Below are positions 17,647 through 25,440 of a stretch of 32,000 bases of DNA, one piece after another (position 1 is the stretch's first letter; each line of letters opens with the position of its first letter). A model generated the notes under the pieces. That model searched no databases, was not told where the DNA came from, and saw nothing but the letters and a program-made list of their open reading frames with translations. This stretch comes from Pyrodictium abyssi. Its GTDB lineage: Archaea > Thermoproteota > Thermoprotei_A > Sulfolobales > Pyrodictiaceae. The stretch spans positions 2,040,001-2,072,000 of the forward strand of contig NZ_AP028907.1 in the NCBI RefSeq assembly GCF_036323395.1. Direction: 5' to 3'. A program made the position numbers and the translations under genes.

Positions 17647-18336
17647 CTAGCCGTAGAGCACCCGGTCCAGGTCCCGGGTCTCCACCCTAGCTACACCGCC
17701 GGCGGGGTAGACTGATACGACGCTACGCTCCATGCAGCTCCAGCCCAAGGGCTCCCGCGTGGGCGCGGCAGCCGCCACGGCCGAGCCACCGCTATACATG
17801 ACGCAGAGACGGAGCCTCCCAGAGACAGCTAGCGCTGCCACCGGCGCTGGGGCCCGGCCCCTCGAGACCAGGGCCAGGACGAGCCCAGCACCGCCCCCAG
17901 CCCTCTCAGCTATCTTCGCAGCAAGCCTCTCGGGCCCCGCGCCGTCGCGGAGCAGCCTTGCGGCATAGGAGTACAGCACGGCCCTAGCGTCCCCTCGGGC
18001 TGGCGCAGGCGGGCTGCCCGTAACCAGGGCCTGGCGGCCGAGCCGCCGAAGGCTACACGCCATAATTCTCGCCGGAGCGCCGCTCGGCATGAACCCTGCG
18101 AAGAAGCTGCAGACCCCGCTACACAGCGCGTAGACCCCCAGGGTGCCTCCTGCAAGCCACGTTGCGGCGTCAACAGCCTCCCGTGGCTGGGCGGCCTCAT
18201 AGTACCGTAGACTCCAGTCGCCGGTGCGCCCCCTCTCACGGTAGGCTAGCAGCGTCACCGGCCCCCCAGAGAGGCCGCGGAGAGCGTCCAGAAGAGCATC
18301 GACAGCGCCGCGGGACACGACAGCTGCGAGCAGCAA
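17647..18336 (-). CDS. Hypothetical protein
   Basis: 229 aa ORF in apparent operon with downstream/upstream minus-strand genes. Confidence 0.5.
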   Translation of the reverse strand: MLLAAVVSRGAVDALLDALRGLSGGPVTLLAYRERGRTGDWSLRYYEAAQPREAVDAATWLAGGTLGVYALCSGVCSFFAGFMPSGAPARIMACSLRRLGRQALVTGSPPAPARGDARAVLYSYAARLLRDGAGPERLAAKIAERAGGGAGLVLALVSRGRAPAPVAALAVSGRLRLCVMYSGGSAVAAAAPTREPLGWSCMERSVVSVYPAGGVARVETRDLDRVLYG

Positions 18337-18344
18337 GACTCAGG

Positions 18345-18929
18345 CTAGCCCCCGTCCTCCCTGCCGCTGATAGACGTCGTGCTGGCCTTGTCTGTGCCCC
18401 GGGCTATAGGCTTGAAGCCCGAGGCACCAGCGGCAGCTAGCACCACGAAGGCCGGGATGGGGCTCCCGACGAGTGGCGCGGCGAGCAGCAGGAGAGCCGA
18501 CGCCATGTAGAGCTGCCCCGTCGGCGACCCGGCACCCTGGTAGACGGCGTAGCCGTAGACGATGAGCCCCGCTGAGCCTAGGAGCCAGGATGAGACAAGC
18601 AGCATCATAGCCAGGTCTACCGGCCAGCTCGCGTCTAGCAGAGCGCTCGCAAGAACAAGTGCTCCAGCGGCGGCAGCTGTGAAGCTGGCAAGCGAGGCTG
18701 TAAGAGCTCCGACAGCTCCTAGGCTGGCTGCGCCCGCCCGTGGCCGTGCAACAGCGGCAAACCCCAGCCCCACGAGGAGGCTGCCAGCGATGCCAGCTAC
18801 TAGGCCTGCCGTGGAGCCAGCAGGGCTCCTGCCCAGCAGGAGCCCAGCAGCAGAGAGCAGCAGGGCACCGCTAGGCACCGCGATATTAGCCTTAGAACCA
18901 GGCTTCAAAGCCATGGCGGGTATCTCCAC
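18345..18929 (-). CDS. Polytopic membrane protein, unknown
   Basis: 194 aa with roughly five or six hydrophobic segments (AGLVAGIAGSLLVGLGFAAVA, GALTASLASFTAAAAGALVLASALL, LAMMLLVSSWLLGSAGLIVYGYAVY, YMASALLLLAAPLV, IPAFVVLAAAG). Confidence 0.6.
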   Translation of the reverse strand: MEIPAMALKPGSKANIAVPSGALLLSAAGLLLGRSPAGSTAGLVAGIAGSLLVGLGFAAVARPRAGAASLGAVGALTASLASFTAAAAGALVLASALLDASWPVDLAMMLLVSSWLLGSAGLIVYGYAVYQGAGSPTGQLYMASALLLLAAPLVGSPIPAFVVLAAAGASGFKPIARGTDKASTTSISGREDGG

Positions 18930-18986
18930 ATATACTATCTGGGTGGCTACAGGCCCTAGAATACGGTACCCCCTACAATCCCGGGT

Positions 18987-20459
18987 CTAACCCCGCTTGC
19001 GTTTCTCGAGGAGCGCGTAGAAGAAGCCTATGGTCCCGTGGCGGTGTGGCCAAGCCCTCATCGTGCCGGGTAGTAACGGGGACTCATCGTACGGGCCCCG
19101 GAGCGGCACCAGCCTGAACTCGGGGTGCCGCTCGAGGAACCACTTGATGTTCCCCTCGTTCTCTTCGGGCAGAAGGCTGCACGTAGTGTAGAGGAGCCGG
19201 CCGCCCGGCTTTACGAGCCTCGCAGCAGCCTCCAGCATCTCCCGCTGCAGCTGCACTATCTCCTCGAGCCCCTCCTCTCGTATCCTCCACCGCAGCTCCG
19301 GGTTCTTCGCTATAGTGCCGGTGCTGGTACACGGGGCGTCCAGCATGACCCGGTCGGCTATCTCCTCGCCTAGCACGCGGGGCGCCTTCCTAGCATCCAT
19401 CTTGAATATCTTGACAATGGTTATACCCATGCGGCGGAGTATAGTTCTCATACGCTCTATGCGCTTCTCGTCTATGTCGAACGCGTAGATACGTCCATGG
19501 TTCTTCATCAACTCGGCCATGTGGCTGGTCTTCCCGCCAGGCGCGGCAGCCAGGTCGACAACGGTCATGCCCGGCTTCGGGTCCAGTATGAGTGAGGCAG
19601 CCGCGCTAGCCTCCTCCTGGATAACCATCTTGCCGCCCCGGTACAGCGGGCTGCTATCGAAGTCGAAGGGGCCCTGGAACTTCACCACGACCGGTACCCG
19701 CTTACTGACCACAGGGTCCTTGCCCTCCCGGCGGAGAGCCTCCACAACCTCCTCCACAGTGGCTTTCAGCGTGTTCACCCTGACGCTTATCAAAGGCTTC
19801 TGGTTGAACGCGCGGAACAGCTCCTCAGCCTCCTCCGGGCCCAGCAGCTCCCTCATACGCCGTATGAACCATGCTGGCAGCAGGTACAGCCACTCAAGCG
19901 CCTCCTCCACGCTACGGGGCCTCGGCCGGTACTCGAGCAGCCGGTCGAAGACCCTCCAGTAGTACATGCCCACGTATGGGTGCGTCACAGCCGATAGGTA
20001 GTCCGCTATACCCCACTTCAGCGTGTTAAGCGTAGTCCGGTCAGGGCGGTGGAACAACACGATATCGGCGGCGACCCGGAGCGCAGCACGCAGCCAGGGA
20101 TCGAGGATGAGCGGCGACTCGACCCCCGTCAGCTCCCGTGCGACCCGGTCGAGCAGTCCCATCCTCTTCATAGTATCGTAGAACACGGAGGTCAGCAGCC
20201 TATCAAGCCCAGTACCTAGTATGCCGTGTCGCCGGAACACTACGCGCTTCGCGTGCTGGCTCGGCTTAAACTCCTCGGCAGCCTTAACAGTCTCAACCAG
20301 TATCCGGAGGCCACGAGCCGGTACCGACAGCTTAGGCTTACTAGCCCTCTCTGCCTCAATAGCCTCCCATACCCGCCTAGCGAGACCCTCTAGCACTGCT
20401 TCTCCTCCGCGGTGGCCCGCCATGGCTAGCACACCCTCCCCGGCCAGCGGCATGGCCAA
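18987..20459 (-). CDS. NOL1/NOP2/Sun (RsmB-like) RNA cytosine-C5 methyltransferase
   Basis: 490 aa; VVDLAAAPGGKTSHMAELMKNHGRIYAFDIDEKR, RVMLDAPCTSTGTIAKNPELRW, GGRLLYTTCSLLPEENEGNIKWFL. Confidence 0.96.
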   Translation of the reverse strand: MAMPLAGEGVLAMAGHRGGEAVLEGLARRVWEAIEAERASKPKLSVPARGLRILVETVKAAEEFKPSQHAKRVVFRRHGILGTGLDRLLTSVFYDTMKRMGLLDRVARELTGVESPLILDPWLRAALRVAADIVLFHRPDRTTLNTLKWGIADYLSAVTHPYVGMYYWRVFDRLLEYRPRPRSVEEALEWLYLLPAWFIRRMRELLGPEEAEELFRAFNQKPLISVRVNTLKATVEEVVEALRREGKDPVVSKRVPVVVKFQGPFDFDSSPLYRGGKMVIQEEASAAASLILDPKPGMTVVDLAAAPGGKTSHMAELMKNHGRIYAFDIDEKRIERMRTILRRMGITIVKIFKMDARKAPRVLGEEIADRVMLDAPCTSTGTIAKNPELRWRIREEGLEEIVQLQREMLEAAARLVKPGGRLLYTTCSLLPEENEGNIKWFLERHPEFRLVPLRGPYDESPLLPGTMRAWPHRHGTIGFFYALLEKRKRG

Positions 20460-20662
20460 AGCTGCAGTGTATACTCCCTAGGGGCTGGGGGTGGCTGCCC
20501 TCTACCCCAGCTGCGTTGTTAGTTTCTATCCGTACAAGGCCTAGCAGCTGTTTTGAATACATCGGTGCCGGGCACCACACGGACTAGGCGACGGATGCAC
20601 CTTGGGGCCTTGACAAGCAGCCGTTTTGGGCAGGGAAGCGGAATGAATGGATATACTGATCT

Positions 20663-20696
20663 AGCCTACTTATAGCCGGGGGCCTTATAGTAGGCT
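20663..20696. promoter_or_regulatory. Inverted repeat containing two TATA-like elements between divergent genes
   Basis: AGCCTACT (20663-20670) ... AGTAGGCT (20689-20696), enclosing TTATAG-type motifs; lies about 60 nt upstream of the 20755 gene. Confidence 0.35.
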
Positions 20697-20754
20697 TAAG
20701 CGCTGCAGGACAGCGTGCAGCTCAGAACCCAGCCGGTGAAACAACTACGAGGCG

Positions 20755-21336
20755 ATGGTGTACGTCATGGCCCACCTACTAGGCGATATGGATGCAGTCG
20801 CCCAGGGCCTCTCCGTCATGAGCAGCAGGATACTCGTAGACAGCCTGCCGAGCCTGGTAGAGGAGCTCCTAGGGCCCCGTGAGGGCTCCGTAATAGTTGC
20901 TAGGCTCCTAGAGAAAGGCGCCCGTGAGGGATTCACCCGGTTTATGGAGAGGCTGGGCGTAAGCCCAGACAGTATGAAGCTAGAGCAAGTACTCGCTATA
21001 TTCGTGAGGCAAGAGGGGCAGCAGCCTCGGCACCCATTCCAGGTCTTTGACACAATGGAATGCATGGACGGTAAATGCGTACTAGAGAGCAGGAGATGCC
21101 CCTACAGCGACATAGCGGAGAGACACCCAACGGTAAAGGCTGTGTTCATAGGCACAGTGGCTGGTGTAGCGGCGGCACTAGGCTACCGTGTGCGCTGGCT
21201 AGTCACCCCGTCTGCAAGAAAGTATCTCTGCAGGGAAAGCAAGCCAGACATAATAATCTACATGGATGAAAACATTGAACTGCCAGCTTGCCGGCTCATA
21301 GTAGAGATGTACACGTGCAGCACCCCACAGAGCTAG
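20755..21336 (+). CDS. Cys-containing protein, possibly V4R/hydrocarbon-binding-like
   Basis: 193 aa. C-terminal pattern MECMDGKCVLESRRCPYSDIAERHPTVKAVFIGTVAGVAAALGYRVRWLV...KYLCRESKPDIIIYMDE superficially resembles V4R/4-vinyl-reductase domains. Confidence 0.4.
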   Translation: MVYVMAHLLGDMDAVAQGLSVMSSRILVDSLPSLVEELLGPREGSVIVARLLEKGAREGFTRFMERLGVSPDSMKLEQVLAIFVRQEGQQPRHPFQVFDTMECMDGKCVLESRRCPYSDIAERHPTVKAVFIGTVAGVAAALGYRVRWLVTPSARKYLCRESKPDIIIYMDENIELPACRLIVEMYTCSTPQS

Positions 21337-22079
21337 AGGGGCGATATAGGCTTCTCAACGCTCCTCAGCATCTCGTACACCCTGTCCGCGTCTGTCTCGA
21401 CTCCTAGCCTCCGGGCTTCACGAGCTATGACCCTGGCAGCGGCCCGGAGAGCCTCCTCCACACTACCCCTCTCCACGGCCCTCTGGAACTCCGAGTCCTC
21501 GTCTATACGATAGTATATCGGCACACGGTCCTTAGCCCGAGGTATGAGCCGCTTGAGGACCGGCTTAACCCTCCACATGGCCTCGTAGAGCGTTCCGAGC
21601 CCCTTGTCGCCCTCAAGGCACTCCCTTATCCTGTCACGGGCATGCCGCGCTGCTACCCCGGTTCGTCCCTCAGTGGTCACCGCTACCCGGAGCCCGCCGC
21701 CGTAGAGGTCTAGCGTATAGGGCACAACTATCTCGGTCCTCTCCGCGTCCGTCGCGTCATTGACCCAGCGCCTGAGACTACGCGCAAGCCTCCACACAGC
21801 CTCGTTGACGGAAGGATTGTCAGTAGCCACCACAACTATATCGGCCCACTCGACATGGGGCCTGAGCGCCTCGGCATCACCCGCGTCCAGCTCCACAAGC
21901 TCCAGGCCGCTATCCCCCCTCGCCCGCCTCTGCAGCTCCTCCGAGAAGCTCAGCCCAACGACCCTCACGACAGCACCTGCCTGGCGGAACCAGAGCGCCC
22001 TACGCGTCCCAACGCCTCCCCCGCCGACAACGAGGACGCGCCTACCATCCATCTCGAGCCATAGTGGGACACGCACCAA
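21333..22079 (-). CDS. Precorrin-2 dehydrogenase / sirohydrochlorin ferrochelatase-like (siroheme synthase N-terminal type)
   Basis: 248 aa; PLWLEMDGRRVLVVGGGGVGTRRALWFRQAGAVVRVVG, DIVVVATDNPSVNEAVW, VNDATDAERTEIVVPYTLDLYGGGLRVAVTTEGRTGVAARHARDRIRE. Confidence 0.93.
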   Translation of the reverse strand: MVRVPLWLEMDGRRVLVVGGGGVGTRRALWFRQAGAVVRVVGLSFSEELQRRARGDSGLELVELDAGDAEALRPHVEWADIVVVATDNPSVNEAVWRLARSLRRWVNDATDAERTEIVVPYTLDLYGGGLRVAVTTEGRTGVAARHARDRIRECLEGDKGLGTLYEAMWRVKPVLKRLIPRAKDRVPIYYRIDEDSEFQRAVERGSVEEALRAAARVIAREARRLGVETDADRVYEMLRSVEKPISPL

Positions 22080-22173
22080 GGAGCCCCCAGGAGGCCGTAG
22101 AGCGGCGCATGGCTAAGAATGTATGCGTAGTAGCCTAGGTGAGCTCGGAGACAAGGAGAGATGAGAGGAGGCG

Positions 22174-22299
22174 GATCCCGGCTTGGGGGCGCTGCAGGGC
22201 CTCGCGGACCCCACAGCATCCCCCAACGCGGCCGGCTTAACTTCCGGGTTCGACATGAGTCCGGGTGTTGCCCGGCCGCTATGGCCGGGTCCGGGTACA
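22174..22299 (-). rRNA. rrf: 5S ribosomal RNA (ends approximate)
   Basis: Reverse complement GTGTACCCGGACCCGGCCATAGCGGCCGGGCAACACCCGGACTCATGTCGAACCCGGAAGTTAAGCCGGCCGCGTTGGGGGATGCTGTGGGGTCCGCGAGGCCCTGCAGCGCCCCCAAGCCGGGATC contains the universally conserved CGAACCCGGAAGTTAAGCC and the archaeal 5S helix layout. Confidence 0.95.
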
Positions 22300-22317
22300 C
22301 TGCCCCAGGATTCCCGG

Positions 22318-22327
22318 GATATTTAAC
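22318..22327 (-). promoter_or_regulatory. Likely TATA box of 5S rRNA
   Basis: Minus-strand CCGTTAAATATCC about 25 nt upstream of the inferred 5S 5' end. Confidence 0.5.
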
Positions 22328-22378
22328 GGCTCCTCTGCACCTAGGCATGAGTAGTGGTGGCCTGTCCTGCCCGGTAAC

Positions 22379-23269
22379 GTGCTAGATGCAGACGCTAGGC
22401 GGCTCGCTGAGAGGTTCTGCAGAGAAGAGATAACGGTCTACCACATCTACAGCTGGCTAGCCGAGAAGGAGAAGGATCCTGCCCGGCGCGAACACCTAAG
22501 AAGGCTCGCGGAGCAGGAGCGGCGGCACTACGAGTTCTGGAGCCGCGTCCTCGGTAGCAGCTGCTGGCCCTACGGGGTAACCATGAGGAGGATAATGCTG
22601 CTCTACCGCCTCCTAGGGCCTGTGTTCACGCTCCGGCTCCTAGAGCGCGACGAGGAAGCCACGATAGAGCAGTACCAGAGGTTCCTCAGCCGCATAGGCG
22701 ACGAGCAACTGCGCCGAGAGCTAGAGCAGATAATACGCGAGGAAGAGGAGCACGAGGAGACACTACTCAGCGGCATCGAGGACGCGCGTGTAAAGTACAT
22801 GGGGTTCATAGCCCTGGGCCTCGCCGACGCTATAGTGGAGATAACGGGCGTCCATGCTGGCTTCCTCGGCGCGACCTCGAGCACCCTGCTCGCTGGCGTC
22901 GCTGGGCTGGTTGTCGGCTTCTCCGCAGCACTCTCCATGGCCGGTGCAGCGTATCTCCAGGCTAAGCATGGCCGCGAGACACGCCCGGTCATAAGCGCCG
23001 GTGTGACCGGCGTATCGTACATAATATCCGTGATACTCCTAGCGCTCCCATACTTCCTGCTAGCCAGCATGCTCGAGGCGTTCACAGCGTCGCTGATCCT
23101 GGCGACCGTGATAATAGGGGGCTTCACGTACTTCAGCGTGGTTGTGCAGAACAAGCCGTTCCTCAAGGAGTTCCTCGAGAGCACCGGGCTTATGATAGGC
23201 ACGGCGCTTGGTAGCTACGCGTTCGGCAAGATACTAGGAAGCCTGCTAGGCGTCGAGATGGCCCTATAG
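22379..23269 (+). CDS. Rubrerythrin/ferritin-like domain fused to VIT1/CCC1 iron/manganese transporter (MbfA-like)
   Basis: 296 aa, GTG start. N-terminal FCREEITVYHIYSWLAEKE...RLAEQERRHYEFW... EEEEHEETLLSGIEDARVKY diiron-type helices; C-terminal GLADAIVEITGVHAGFLGATSSTLLAGVAGLVVGFSAALSMAGAAYLQAK VIT1 signature. Confidence 0.88.
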   Translation: MLDADARRLAERFCREEITVYHIYSWLAEKEKDPARREHLRRLAEQERRHYEFWSRVLGSSCWPYGVTMRRIMLLYRLLGPVFTLRLLERDEEATIEQYQRFLSRIGDEQLRRELEQIIREEEEHEETLLSGIEDARVKYMGFIALGLADAIVEITGVHAGFLGATSSTLLAGVAGLVVGFSAALSMAGAAYLQAKHGRETRPVISAGVTGVSYIISVILLALPYFLLASMLEAFTASLILATVIIGGFTYFSVVVQNKPFLKEFLESTGLMIGTALGSYAFGKILGSLLGVEMAL

Positions 23270-23293
23270 CTTACGGGCAGAGGCGTAGCCAGG

Positions 23294-23875
23294 GTGGAGG
23301 CACGCGCGTTGAGCAGGAGCAGCTACGATAGAATAGACGAGAGAGAGCTCGGCAAGACTGTGCAGATACTTTACGAGGCCTTCCAGTCCATAGAAGCAGT
23401 AGGCGGCAGCCTCTCGCCCTTTGTGCCAACGCAGGACTACATTATAGAGCCCATACTACAGCTACTAGAAGCCATGGCCCGCGGGAGGCTCAACGAGACG
23501 GGGCAACGGAGGCAGCCTGTGTACTACGAGCCCGGTTGTGGCTCGGGAACAGTGGCGGAGAAGGCTGCAGAGAGAGGCTTCTACGTCATATGCCTGGAGC
23601 TTGACGAGTATCTCGCCCGCAGCGCGGCCCAAAGGCTCGCCAGGAGCCCCCATGCAGACACGGTGGTAGGCGACCTCTCGGTGTTCCGGCCGCGAGCAGT
23701 GGACGCGGTGTACGCCTACCTGCTTCCCCGGGCGGTACAGCGGGTCCTCGAGGCACTAAAGGGCGCAAAGGCTCCCCTGCTGAGCCTTGACTACCCCGCC
23801 GAGGACGATGGAGGGGCACTGTCGGCTGCGAGACTGGAGATAGAAGCCAGAAGTGTTTATACGTATGAGCTCTAG
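23294..23875 (+). CDS. Class I SAM-dependent methyltransferase-like protein
   Basis: 193 aa; VYYEPGCGSGTVAEKAAERGFYVICLELDEYLARSAAQRL ... ADTVVGDLSVFRPRAVDAVYAYLLPRAVQRVL. Confidence 0.8.
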   Translation: MEARALSRSSYDRIDERELGKTVQILYEAFQSIEAVGGSLSPFVPTQDYIIEPILQLLEAMARGRLNETGQRRQPVYYEPGCGSGTVAEKAAERGFYVICLELDEYLARSAAQRLARSPHADTVVGDLSVFRPRAVDAVYAYLLPRAVQRVLEALKGAKAPLLSLDYPAEDDGGALSAARLEIEARSVYTYEL

Positions 23876-24468
23876 GACTCACCCGGCGCTGTGAGCTGCC
23901 CTCGGCTTGGACGGTAGCGGCTACAAAGCACGGAGAGTATCCTCTCGCGATTCGGCTCTAGGTCCAGCCTCGTGAATACCATGTCCCTGCCATAGCCTAC
24001 TACGCGGCCACCGAGCTTATCCACCATTATCCTCCTCATGGGTATGTTGCTTGGATCGAAGTAGGCCTCTACAGCCTTGTACCCGTTCCCGAGGAGGCAT
24101 AGAGCTAGGAGCGCAGTCAGTGTTGTACCGAGCCCCCGGCCCTGTAGGTCGTCTCGGACCACGATGCCTAGCTCTGCTATGCCGCGTATACCGGTGTCAT
24201 ACGCCTCGATGCTAGCTACGGCTTCTCCGTCCCGTAGCCCGACTATTACCAGCCGCGCGTTGGACAGTATATCGTCCACCACTGGTTCCCAGTACTTGAT
24301 TGGCCTCAGGAACCTCAGCAGCACAGTGTCTAGGCTGAGCTTGCTGAAGAGGCTTAGCAGTAGGCTCCGTGCCTCCTCACCCGGTGCTGCAATCTCGACT
24401 GTTGTTCCATCCTTGAGGATAGCTGTGCCTGGTAGACTGCTGCACGTGAGCTTCGCTTGCCCATTCAA
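23872..24468 (-). CDS. GNAT family N-acetyltransferase
   Basis: 198 aa; GIAELGIVVRDDLQGRGLGTTLTALLALCLLGNGYKAVEAYFDPSNIPMRRIMVDKLGGRVVGYGRDMVF, with an RxxGxG/T motif A. Confidence 0.88.
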   Translation of the reverse strand: MNGQAKLTCSSLPGTAILKDGTTVEIAAPGEEARSLLLSLFSKLSLDTVLLRFLRPIKYWEPVVDDILSNARLVIVGLRDGEAVASIEAYDTGIRGIAELGIVVRDDLQGRGLGTTLTALLALCLLGNGYKAVEAYFDPSNIPMRRIMVDKLGGRVVGYGRDMVFTRLDLEPNRERILSVLCSRYRPSRGQLTAPGES

Positions 24469-24588
24469 GGAGCTTCTTCTCCTCCAGACCCATAGGTCAT
24501 ATCATGGCTGGAGCCTGATTAAAGCTCAGCGCCCACGGAGCCCTAGGGAGCTCAGTAGCCAGGCCCTCAGCGCGTACACTCGGCGCCC

Positions 24589-25389
24589 CTAGGGCTTAGG
24601 AGGAGCTGCGGAGCCGAGCGGCTCCTCCCGGAGTAGTGGCGCGTGCACGTACAGGTATAGCCCGGTAGAGCGGCTCCTAGCTATGAGCGGTGTGAGCACG
24701 GCTCCTAGCTCGCTTAGCCATGCACTGAGCCGCTCCGACGACACGACGACGTCCGCTACAACGGCTTCGCGTCTATCGCCGCGGCAGAATAGCCTTCCGT
24801 CCATGCAGGGCTCGATCCCCGAGACCTCGACGGTATAGGTCGCTAGCGGCTGGGTGGGCGGAGGCGCTAACGGGGGTAGCAGGAGTAGCACTCGTAGCCA
24901 AGTAGACTGCCGCCTTACCGGGGTACCCTGGATGATATGAGCCTCTACGGGGAACACGGTGTCTCCGTGGACAGCTTCTAGGGTTTCCCGCTTTGCTCCC
25001 AGAAGCTGTTCAAGCCTATAGGCTATGGACGCTAGCGTGCCAGCATCGTGGTAGTAGAGCTCGGCAGTCAGCAAGCCGTCCTTGCACCTTGTGGGCAGTG
25101 CTAGGCCGCCCGCCTCGGCGAGGCAGGCGCCGCGGAGCTGGATGCTCCCGGCGAATATGCCTCCAGCCATTAGGCCGTGGAGACGCCCGCCATAGGCCAG
25201 GTCGCCTGCAGCAGCATAGGGGACTCTAGACGGGACAGCAGCCGCAGCCAGTACTTCCTCGGCCATCTGCTGTGCCCCAGGTATAGTGGCTGCAGCGTGT
25301 CCAGGGGGACAGCTATATCTGGGCCCGTAGCGCGCTAGACCGGATATGCACAGAGGGCTGAAGCCCATACTAAGCAGCTCTGCCGGCAC
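24589..25389 (-). CDS. Hypothetical protein
   Basis: 266 aa ORF (MPAELLSMGFSPLCISGLARYGPRYSCPPGHAAATIPG...), no family recognised. Confidence 0.5.
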   Translation of the reverse strand: MPAELLSMGFSPLCISGLARYGPRYSCPPGHAAATIPGAQQMAEEVLAAAAVPSRVPYAAAGDLAYGGRLHGLMAGGIFAGSIQLRGACLAEAGGLALPTRCKDGLLTAELYYHDAGTLASIAYRLEQLLGAKRETLEAVHGDTVFPVEAHIIQGTPVRRQSTWLRVLLLLPPLAPPPTQPLATYTVEVSGIEPCMDGRLFCRGDRREAVVADVVVSSERLSAWLSELGAVLTPLIARSRSTGLYLYVHAPLLREEPLGSAAPPKP

Positions 25390-25440
25390 TCAGCTTGCGG
25401 TGCTGGCCGCGACGAACCACGGACACGATGGTGGCTAGCC

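Noticed and set aside
21965-22385. ORFs 21965..22348 (-) and 22161..22385 (+)
   Set aside because: They lie over the 5S rRNA gene and flanks; sequence is structural RNA, not coding.
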